A DNA stretch of 64,000 nucleotides. Source: an uncultured Bdellovibrionales bacterium. Its GTDB lineage: Bacteria; Patescibacteriota; Minisyncoccia; Moranbacterales; UBA1568. Position numbers and translations under genes: made by a program. Positions 25,693-33,218 of this stretch are shown in pieces. The number at the start of each line of letters is the position of its first letter. The first letter of the stretch is position 1. The stretch covers positions 5,289 to 69,288 of the forward strand of contig CAYLJX010000005.1 of assembly GCA_964384235.1 (NCBI GenBank), given 5' to 3'. A model generated the notes under the pieces. That model searched no databases and was not told where the DNA came from. It saw nothing but the letters and a program-made list of their open reading frames with translations.

Positions 25693-25787
25693 CAAGTCTT
25701 TACGATTGCAGGTAAAGATTTTGAACAAAAGAATTGTAGCCTATCTGAGCCAAAAAGAAAACCCCTCCACTCGGGAGGGGTGGAGGG

Positions 25788-26366
25788 CTATGCATTCCCT
25801 GCGTTCTTGATGGCGGTGGCCATCTTTTGGATGTTTTGATCGGCAGACTGCTGCGAGAGCCGCATGATCCGGTCCTTGATGCGATACGGATCAGGCACCT
25901 GGCGAAAGACGAAGCGTTCCTCTTCGGCGGCCGTCTGGACCAAGACGTCGCCGTAGTTTAGCACCGTCGGGATGAGTCCTTGGACGATCGTGGTCACGTC
26001 CTGGACGTTGGAAAATTTGAGCTCGCTCGTGTGACGTACGAACAGTCCCTTCTGTTCGATATTGATGATGCGTTCGTCGGTGATGATCCACACGTCGAAG
26101 TAGTAGTCGATCCAGATGAGAAAGCTGTAGAGCCAAAGGAAGACGAAGAGCGTGTTCTCGACGAAGAGGAAAAATCGCCCCTGTTTTTCACCGAGCTCGG
26201 GGAAGAGGAGTGAGACGAAGATGAGGCTCCCGAGAAGTGCGAACGTGAGCAAGAAAACCGCGATGAAGTGCGTGAGGATGTTGAACCAGTGGCGGTGGAT
26301 GACTTCCTGCACCCGTTCGCCGTCGTGCTGGCCTTGGAAGTGATAGCGACTAAAATCCTTTCCCAT
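25788..26366 (-). CDS. Bacterial PH-domain (bPH_2/YdbS-like) membrane protein
   Basis: Internal ATG 26366 (MGKDFSRYHFQ...) is used. Two TM helices are followed by a PH-like beta region, as in the DUF304/bPH_2 family. The track start 26567 is a Ser-rich extension that overlaps a terminator. Confidence 0.55.
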   Translation of the reverse strand: MGKDFSRYHFQGQHDGERVQEVIHRHWFNILTHFIAVFLLTFALLGSLIFVSLLFPELGEKQGRFFLFVENTLFVFLWLYSFLIWIDYYFDVWIITDERIINIEQKGLFVRHTSELKFSNVQDVTTIVQGLIPTVLNYGDVLVQTAAEEERFVFRQVPDPYRIKDRIMRLSQQSADQNIQKMATAIKNAGNA

Positions 26367-26580
26367 AGCTCTTAGGTAAAAATGAATCGAACGGGAGCGA
26401 GAAGAAGATGAGTGCGTTGGTGAGGAGGAGCACAGTGAGAACGGTAAGGAAGAGGACGACAGCAAAGAACGCCATCCGCTTGCTGAGCGAATAGCGGACG
26501 ATATGGAAGACGATGAAGAGCGCTGTCGCGACATACGCGAAGAAGAGAACGGTATACAAGAGACCAAGTACAGTTTTCAT
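26350..26580 (-). CDS. Small two-TM membrane protein
   Basis: 76-aa hydrophobic ORF overlapping the start of the PH-domain gene; may be co-translated. Confidence 0.3.
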   Translation of the reverse strand: MKTVLGLLYTVLFFAYVATALFIVFHIVRYSLSKRMAFFAVVLFLTVLTVLLLTNALIFFSLPFDSFLPKSYGKGF

Positions 26581-26615
26581 CGATGTGTTTGTTTCTTTTT
26601 ATATTCTACAACAAA

Positions 26616-27650
26616 CTACAACAGTTTGTCCTGGTGGTTTTCCGGGGGAGTGATGTCGAGATGCCTGTAGCCGTGCTCGGTGACGACACGGCCGCGCGGG
26701 GTGCGGGCGATGAAGCCCAATTGGATGAGATACGGTTCGTAGACATCCTCGATGGTCTGGATCTCCTCGCCCGTGACGGCGGCGATGGCCTGGATGCCGG
26801 CCGGGCCGCCCCTGAACTTCTCGATGACGGTCTTGAGGATATGCCGGTCGGTCGGTTCGAGTCCGAGAAAGTCGATCTCGTAGAGGGCGAGGGCTTCCTG
26901 CGCGAGATCCTCGGTGATGGTCGGTTCGTCCTTGGTCTCCACGAAGTCGCGCACGCGCTTGAGGATCCGGTTGGCGACGCGCGGGGTCTGGCGGCTGGAG
27001 TGGGCGATGGCCCGAGCGCCGCCTTCGTCGATGCCGATGTTTAAGATGCCGGCGGAGCGGCGGACGATCCGCTCGATCTCTTCCGGCGTGTAGAACTCGA
27101 GGCGGTGCGTGGAGCCGAAGCGGTTGCGCAGGGGATTGGTGAGCGAGCCGAGGCGGGTGGTGGCACCGATGAGCGTGAAGCGCGGCAGATCGAGCTGGAT
27201 GGTGCGGGCGGCCGGTCCTTTGCCGATGATGATGTCGAGCTTGTAGTCCTCCATGGCCGGGTAGAGGACCTCCTCGATGGACTTGTTGAGGCGGTGGATC
27301 TCGTCGATGAAGAGCACGTCGCCGTCCTCGAGGTTGGTGAGGATGGAGCCCAAGTCGCCGACACGCTCGATGGCGGGGCCGGAGGTGACTTTGATACCGA
27401 CACCCATCTCCTTGGCGATGATGTTGGCAAGTGTCGTCTTGCCCAAGCCTGCCGGACCGTAGAGGAGGACGTGGTCGATGGATTCTTTGCGCTTCTTGGC
27501 GGCCTGGATGAAGATGTCGAGGTTGCGCTTGATCTTTTCCTGGCCGACGTAGTCCTCGAAACGCTTTGGGCGGAGCGTATTGTCGAGGTTCTGGTCCTCG
27601 ATCTTTTCTTCCCGGCTTTCTTCAGGTGTGATGGCAGCGGTATTTAACAT
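26616..27650 (-). CDS. ruvB: Holliday junction branch migration helicase RuvB
   Basis: AAA+ Walker [20 protein letters not shown], sensor motifs and a winged-helix C-terminus. Confidence 0.93.
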   Translation of the reverse strand: MLNTAAITPEESREEKIEDQNLDNTLRPKRFEDYVGQEKIKRNLDIFIQAAKKRKESIDHVLLYGPAGLGKTTLANIIAKEMGVGIKVTSGPAIERVGDLGSILTNLEDGDVLFIDEIHRLNKSIEEVLYPAMEDYKLDIIIGKGPAARTIQLDLPRFTLIGATTRLGSLTNPLRNRFGSTHRLEFYTPEEIERIVRRSAGILNIGIDEGGARAIAHSSRQTPRVANRILKRVRDFVETKDEPTITEDLAQEALALYEIDFLGLEPTDRHILKTVIEKFRGGPAGIQAIAAVTGEEIQTIEDVYEPYLIQLGFIARTPRGRVVTEHGYRHLDITPPENHQDKLL

Positions 27651-27962
27651 ATTTTTGGCTTATATATGGGGTGAAATACGGACTCGTGTCACTTGATTGT
27701 ACCACTGCTTGACACAAAAACAAAGATGTGCTATTCTCAGGGGTCGTTTCGAAAAGCTCGAAACCGGTTTTTTGCAAGGGTGGCTTCATCTGTAGACAAT
27801 TGGGGATCACTATCTTTTGTCCTCAATCATGGGAACAACTGTCCAGACACGGGTAGGGTGGTTTCGGCTGCGCTATTCCTCGACACTGTTCCTTTCCTCC
27901 GACTCCTAATGTTAGAGGGTTGTCTACAGGTGAAATTACCTTTGGTGGCAGGAGTTTCTGTG

Positions 27963-28055
27963 TCGGCACATTCCTTTGTTGCTGCTCCGGTGCGCGACAA
28001 CGTACCCTACGAGTACGTCTTACTGTGCTCCTCGCAGCGCCTCGGACTGTACTCG
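27963..28055. repeat. Structured intergenic repeat, family A, diverged copy 3
   Basis: GGCACATTCCTTTGTTGCTGCTCCGGTGCGCGACAACGTACCCTACGAGTACGTC...GCGCCTCGGACTG aligns to copies 1 and 2 with a compensatory change in the internal hairpin. Confidence 0.45.
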
Positions 28056-28120
28056 ACACAAAAACTCTTTTAAGTTGACTGTATACTCTTCGTTAGTCGC
28101 ATAGAAAAGTTAGTCGCATA

Positions 28121-28152
28121 GAAAAAAGAAGCTCTGCGGAGCTTCTTTTTTG
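28121..28152. terminator. Bidirectional terminator downstream of the tandem PilB gene
   Basis: aaaaaaGAAGCTCTGCGGAGCTTCtttttt; preceded by a direct repeat GTTAGTCGCATAGAAAA x2. Confidence 0.6.
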
Positions 28153-28178
28153 TTTGTCTTTCGAATCGCTTTCCAAGC

Positions 28179-31100
28179 CTATTCTTCCGTGACGCGTTCG
28201 ATCTCTTCGAGAGTGGTCTTGCCTTCGAGGACGGAGAGAATGCCGTCCTGGGCGAGGGTGATCATGCCGTTCTCGATCGCCTTGCTTTCGATCTCGTGGG
28301 CGAGCGCTCCTTGGGTGATCAGGGCGGCGATGTCTTTGTCGAGAGAGAGGACCTCGCTTATGATGACCTGCCCGTTGAAGCCGCTCCCGTTGCATTCGGG
28401 GCAGCCCTTGGCACGGAAGAGGGAAACAGTGTCAGATACCTGTTTTTTGAGTGCGGGTGGCAGCGTGGCGATGATTTTTTCCATGAGCGCGCGTTCTTCC
28501 GGGGTGGTGTCGGATTTTTCTTTGCAGTGGTCGCAGAGGCGGCGCACCAGGCGCTGCGCGATGAAGGCGTTCCCGGCGTTCGCGAGATCGTCGCTGCTGA
28601 TACCCATGCCGAGAAGGCGGGGAATGGTGCCTGAGGCGTTGTTGGCATGGAGCGTCGAGAGGACGAGGTGGCCGGTGACGGCGGCCTGGACGGCGATTCC
28701 CGCGGTCTCCTGGTCGCGGATCTCACCGATCATGAGGATGTCAGGGTTCTGCCGGAGAAGCGAACGGAGTGCGGTGGCGAAGGTGTATCCGTCCGCCTCG
28801 TTGATCTGGGTCTGGAGCAGTCCCGGGATCTGATACTCGATCGGGTCCTCGACGGTGATGATCTTGATTTCCGGCGTGTTGATGTGGGAGAGGAGGCTGT
28901 AGAGCGTGGTAGTCTTGCCGGAGCCGGTCGGACCGGCGTTGAGGATGATGCCATAGGGCTTCTTCACGGCTTCCAGGATGCGGTCGAGGTTTTCCTGGCG
29001 GATGTCGAGGGACTCGAGCTTGAGGGAAGTGGCGGACTTGTTGAGGAGACGCATCACGACCGTCTCGCCGAAGCCGCCGAGGATGAGCGAGAGACGGACA
29101 TCGATCTTGGTGTCGGTGACGGAGCCGTAGGGTTCCTGGAGGGTGAGAGAGAAGCGTCCGTCCGTGACCCCGGCGCGTTCGCCTGATTTCAATCCGGCGA
29201 AGATCTTGATCTGGCCGAGGATGGCCGGGTATTCGTCCAGAGGAAAGGAGAGGGCGTTCTTGAGAATGCCGTCGATACGGTAGCGGACCAGGACGTTCTC
29301 TTCGGTCGGTTCGATGTGGATGTCGCCGGCCCGCAGGAGGAGCGCCGCCGCAAAGACCGTCTTGAGGAAGGTCTGCTGGTCGATCGTCCCGACGTAGGCG
29401 GCGAGGTCGTCGAGCGAGGCGAGGTGGGTTTCGGTTTCCGCGAGGATCGCCGGCGAGAGGAAGGAGTGCGACGAGAGGGCGCTCGGCATGAGTTCCGCGT
29501 AGACTTTCTTGAGCATGTCGCCCTGATCCGCCACGCGCCAGACTTCCTCGAAGGTGGTGATGCCCTCGATGGCCTTGAGGATACCGTCCTGGGTCATGGT
29601 GATCATACCGTCCTCGAGGGCGACCTTGGTGATCTCGTCTTCGGTGCCGAGATCGTTGATGATCTTGATGAGGGTCGGGCTCATGACGAAGACTTCGAAG
29701 ATGCCGATCCGGCCACGATAGCCGGTGAAGTGACACTCCGCGCAGCCGGCCGCTTTCCAGAGCTTGTCGATGGTCTTGGGGACGGTGATCTTGGCCTTGG
29801 GGGAAACGATGGAGATGAGCTGCTTGAGGGAGGCGACGGTCTCTTCGGCCGGGGCGTAGGACTCTCTGCAGGACGGGCAGAGCTTGCGGACGAGGCGCTG
29901 CGCGATGAGGGCGTTGACGGAAGAAGTGATGAGGTTCGGTTTGACGCCGAGCTCGAGGAGGCGCGGGATGGAGGCCGGGGCGCTGTTGGCGTGGAGCGTC
30001 GAGAGGACGAGGTGGCCGGTGAGGGCAGCGTTGATGGCGATGTCGGCGGTCTCGTCGTCTCGGATCTCGCCGACGAGGATGACATCCGGGTCCTGGCGGA
30101 CGACGGCGCGCAGGGCTTGGGCGAAGGTGTAGCTCTTGCTTTTGGAGACCTCCGTCTGGAGGATGCCGGGAAGGTTGTATTCGATCGGATCCTCGACGGT
30201 GATGATCTTGACGCCGGGCTGGTTGATGGTGTTGAGCAGACTGTAGAGTGTGGTGGTCTTGCCGGAGCCGGTCGGACCGGTGTTGAGGATCATTCCGTGA
30301 GGCTTCTCGATCTGCTTGCGCACTTCCTCATAGGCGAGGCCGCGCAGTCCGAGGTCTTCTACTTCGACGATGATGTCGTCGCTACTGAGGAGACGCATGT
30401 TGAGGCTTTCACCGTGCTTGCCGGGGATGCTGTTGACACGGATGTCGATACGCTTTTCATCCATGGTGACGAAGAAGTGTCCGTCCTGGGCCCGGTCCCG
30501 CACGTTGAGGCGCATCTTGCCGAGCATCTTGATGCGGGAGAGCGCGAGGTGATAGATATCCGGGGAAAATTTCCCCACGTCTTGCAGGACGCCGTCGATA
30601 CGGTAGCGGAGGCGCGCATCATCTTCTTCCGGTTCGATATGGATGTCGCTCGCCTTCATCTTCTTGGCGCCGGCCAGGATGACTTCCAGGATGTTCGAGA
30701 CGGAAGTCTGGTGCAGGTTGTCCTTGAGCTGGAGGAGGGCGCCGAAGTTCTCCTCGAATTTCTCGAGATCGTTTCCCGAGAGGTTGACCCGTATCAGGTC
30801 CAGGCTTTCCAAGAGCGAGGTCCGGGTGTAGGCGGCGAGGGCTTTCTCGAAGGACGGTCGGGAAACGACGTGGAGAGTGGTATCCCAGCCATGCCCGGAG
30901 GCGAGTGTCTGAACGTACTCGAGCGTTGCCTGGTTTCCAGGATCGACGATGGCGATGTGGGTCGTCTCGCCGGTCTTCTGGAAGAGGGCGACCTCATGTT
31001 TCTTTGCGTCTTCCTTGGGAATGAGCGCGAGGTCCTCGGGATCGAGCGGGAAGAGGTGGAGATCGATATAGGAGAGACCGTTTTTGGCGGCGAGTGTCGC

Positions 31101-31208
31101 GGCCTCCTCTTCGATCGAGGCTTCGTGCATCTTCTTGAGGAGCGCGTCGGCCCTGGCTTGCTTTTCGGGATCGCCGATTGAAGGGATGGAGGAGATGACT
31201 TTGGGCAT
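28179..31208 (-). CDS. Tandem-fused double GspE/PilB-family secretion ATPase (N1-N2-CTD-N2-CTD in one polypeptide)
   Basis: 1009-aa uninterrupted ORF. An N-terminal T2SSE_N domain is followed by two complete ATPase modules, each with Walker A GPTGSGKTTTLYSLL, an Asp box, Walker B DPDVILVGEIRD / NPDILMIGEIRD, a His box TGHLVLSTLHAN and a tetracysteine motif (CPSC...CAEC and CDHC...CPEC). Confidence 0.85.
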   Translation of the reverse strand: MPKVISSIPSIGDPEKQARADALLKKMHEASIEEEAATLAAKNGLSYIDLHLFPLDPEDLALIPKEDAKKHEVALFQKTGETTHIAIVDPGNQATLEYVQTLASGHGWDTTLHVVSRPSFEKALAAYTRTSLLESLDLIRVNLSGNDLEKFEENFGALLQLKDNLHQTSVSNILEVILAGAKKMKASDIHIEPEEDDARLRYRIDGVLQDVGKFSPDIYHLALSRIKMLGKMRLNVRDRAQDGHFFVTMDEKRIDIRVNSIPGKHGESLNMRLLSSDDIIVEVEDLGLRGLAYEEVRKQIEKPHGMILNTGPTGSGKTTTLYSLLNTINQPGVKIITVEDPIEYNLPGILQTEVSKSKSYTFAQALRAVVRQDPDVILVGEIRDDETADIAINAALTGHLVLSTLHANSAPASIPRLLELGVKPNLITSSVNALIAQRLVRKLCPSCRESYAPAEETVASLKQLISIVSPKAKITVPKTIDKLWKAAGCAECHFTGYRGRIGIFEVFVMSPTLIKIINDLGTEDEITKVALEDGMITMTQDGILKAIEGITTFEEVWRVADQGDMLKKVYAELMPSALSSHSFLSPAILAETETHLASLDDLAAYVGTIDQQTFLKTVFAAALLLRAGDIHIEPTEENVLVRYRIDGILKNALSFPLDEYPAILGQIKIFAGLKSGERAGVTDGRFSLTLQEPYGSVTDTKIDVRLSLILGGFGETVVMRLLNKSATSLKLESLDIRQENLDRILEAVKKPYGIILNAGPTGSGKTTTLYSLLSHINTPEIKIITVEDPIEYQIPGLLQTQINEADGYTFATALRSLLRQNPDILMIGEIRDQETAGIAVQAAVTGHLVLSTLHANNASGTIPRLLGMGISSDDLANAGNAFIAQRLVRRLCDHCKEKSDTTPEERALMEKIIATLPPALKKQVSDTVSLFRAKGCPECNGSGFNGQVIISEVLSLDKDIAALITQGALAHEIESKAIENGMITLAQDGILSVLEGKTTLEEIERVTEE

Positions 31209-31249
31209 ATTGGTTTTCTGGTTACGCTTTGTTTCCCTTATTGTACCGC

Positions 31250-31300
31250 AAAGGGGTTTTTTTGAGTATGAAAAACCCCTCTCTTTCGAGAGGGGTTGAA
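31250..31300 (-). terminator. Terminator hairpins after the DHH-family gene
   Basis: GGGGTTTTTTTGAGTATGAAAAACCCC and CCCCTCTCtttcgAGAGGGG; on the minus strand the latter is followed by a U-run. Confidence 0.55.
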
Positions 31301-31320
31301 GGTTTTGCCGGAGGAGGATT

Positions 31321-32472
31321 TTATGACGGCAAGGTCTTGAATATCTGCTGCCACTTCTCTATCGTCTTGAGTTCGGCTTCCTCGAGGCTCCTCGCGTCGA
31401 CGGTGAAGGAGAAGAGATCGCCCTGAAGTTCGCCTTCCCGGAAACGCTCGGCGAGCGCCGTGAGATTCTCCTGGGAAACGGCCTTGACGATGCCGCGCAC
31501 CATCGAGACAGATTCCGGATAGAGGAGGAGGAAGAACGTGGCGGAAGAATAGTTGCTCTTGATGCGTTCCAGGACGGCCGGCAGGTCCTCGACGCGCGAA
31601 CGGCTCTGCACGAGGTCCTCGAGGGAGACGGGCGCCCAGATGAGCTTGAGCTCCTCGTTCCATTTGACTCCCGCCATGACGCGGCCCCAGAGTTTGAGGA
31701 GATTGAGGGGCTGCGTCTTGTAGAGCGAACGGACGATTTTCTGCTGGTCGGCGCCTTTGTCCATGAGCTGGGAGGCGAGCTGGAGCGCTTTGGGAGTAGT
31801 ATTCTTTTTCTGGAAGCTCTCCGTGGCGGAGATGATGCCGGTGAGGAGACATTCCGCTATTCTTTCGTCAATGGCGTCGGGAGCGGCACGTTCGATGAGC
31901 TCCGTCGCGATCTCGGAAACGGACGAAGCGGTGATGTCGACGAAGTTTACCTGACCGAAGAGTTCGTTCTGCGAATGGTTGTCGATGTTGATGAGCGGGA
32001 TCTCGTAGAAGATGTCGGCGTTGTTCTCGTAGATCTTCCCGACGGATTCCTTGTCCGGGGCACCGACGATGAGACACAGGTCGAACTTGAACTGCGCGGG
32101 GATGAAGGAGAAATCGCGCGGGTCGATGGTGTTGTGCTCGGGCGTGAGGTAGATGCGGAGCTCCTGACCGACCGTCTCGGTGCGCACGTCGATGATCTTG
32201 TTGCGTTCGGTGTTGAAGGAAAGCACGAAGTCGCGCGCTCCCTCGATGGCCGAGAGGAGTCCTTCCGGTTCCGGGAGGAACGCGAGCTCAGTCTTGTCGC
32301 GGAGCACGTTGTCGCCGGCCACCGTCGCGTCCTTGCCATGCTTCTTGAGAAAGAAGGCGAGGGCGTAGGCGGAAGCGACGGCATCGCGGGTGGGATAGGT
32401 CGGGAGGAGAATGAGGGGACGGGAGGATTTTTTGAAGAGTTCCTGGAATTGTTGGACAGAGGTCAAGGACAT
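31321..32472 (-). CDS. DHH/DHHA1 family phosphoesterase-like protein (NrnA-like) with degenerate catalytic motifs
   Basis: DHH-family architecture with a C-terminal DHHA1-like GGGH-less region. Motif III reads IDNH instead of DHH and motif I reads PTRDAVAS instead of PDGDAxGS. Start at internal ATG 32472. Confidence 0.55.
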   Translation of the reverse strand: MSLTSVQQFQELFKKSSRPLILLPTYPTRDAVASAYALAFFLKKHGKDATVAGDNVLRDKTELAFLPEPEGLLSAIEGARDFVLSFNTERNKIIDVRTETVGQELRIYLTPEHNTIDPRDFSFIPAQFKFDLCLIVGAPDKESVGKIYENNADIFYEIPLINIDNHSQNELFGQVNFVDITASSVSEIATELIERAAPDAIDERIAECLLTGIISATESFQKKNTTPKALQLASQLMDKGADQQKIVRSLYKTQPLNLLKLWGRVMAGVKWNEELKLIWAPVSLEDLVQSRSRVEDLPAVLERIKSNYSSATFFLLLYPESVSMVRGIVKAVSQENLTALAERFREGELQGDLFSFTVDARSLEEAELKTIEKWQQIFKTLPS

Positions 32473-32729
32473 ACGATCGGAAAGGCAAAAGTCAAAAGAC
32501 AAAAGTCAAAACGGGCTGAAACTGGGGAGCGGGTAAGAAATCAAGATACCAGAGGAAAACGTTCGTGTCAAACGAAGACGCATTTCACAAGAAGTAATAA
32601 TATAGAGTACTATGAGAATGTTTTTTATTTGTCATTCCGAGCGATTCCGCGTTGCGGAAGAGTCGAGGAATCTATTTAAGCACAAAAAAGATCCCTCGGC
32701 TTCGCTCGGGATGACAGTTTTATAAGCAT

Positions 32730-33173
32730 ATGAAACAATACACCACTCATTCCGCGGAAGAAACGAGAGAACTTGGCAAAGAGATTGCCAAGACGTTGCG
32801 GCCAAAGACACTCGTGTGTCTTACGGGCGATCTCGGTGCAGGCAAGACGACCCTGGTGCAGGGTTTACTTGAAGAGCTGGGCGCCGAGCGCCCCTACGTC
32901 AGTCCTACGTTTGTTATCATGAAACAGTACGACCTTGAAACATCGAATGCGAACGGCATCGTACGTATCTACCACGCCGACGCCTACCGCGTCGAGACCA
33001 AGGACTTCGAGACCATCGGTTTCTCCGAATGGCTCTCCGACCCAGAGGGCCTCACTCTCCTCGAGTGGCCCGAGCGCGTCGCGGAGCTTCTTCCGCCTCA
33101 GTGCATCGAGATATCGCTCAAGAGCGTGAGCGAAACAGACCGGGAAATTTCCGTGGAACAAAAAACTGCCTGA
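32730..33173 (+). CDS. tsaE: tRNA threonylcarbamoyladenosine biosynthesis ATPase TsaE
   Basis: 147 aa; Walker A LTGDLGAGKTTLVQGLL; typical YjeE size. Confidence 0.85.
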   Translation: MKQYTTHSAEETRELGKEIAKTLRPKTLVCLTGDLGAGKTTLVQGLLEELGAERPYVSPTFVIMKQYDLETSNANGIVRIYHADAYRVETKDFETIGFSEWLSDPEGLTLLEWPERVAELLPPQCIEISLKSVSETDREISVEQKTA

Positions 33174-33218
33174 ACAGGCAGTTTTGCTTTCTTTGAGCCA
33201 AAGAAGTATACTCACAGT

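Noticed and set aside
25291-25839. 182-aa ORF, and a 172-aa ORF at 51945-52463, sharing the peptide RLGLHPNM
   Set aside because: The shared peptide is just the translation of repeat family A. Both ORFs are low-complexity read-throughs of intergenic DNA, not paralogous genes.
27740-28110. Possible tmRNA or RNase P RNA in the long ruvB-pilB intergenic region (starts GGGG after a promoter-like element)
   Set aside because: Neither strand shows a T-loop (GGTTCGAATCC), a tRNA-like acceptor pairing, an Ala-Ala-stop tag frame or RNase P P4 motifs. Kept only as an unexplained intergenic region.
29316-31181. 621-aa plus-strand ORF and a 331-aa alternate-frame ORF (28741-29736) overlapping the tandem pilB
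   Set aside because: Shadow ORFs of a high-confidence ATPase gene; Arg/Asp/Gly-rich and lacking domains.
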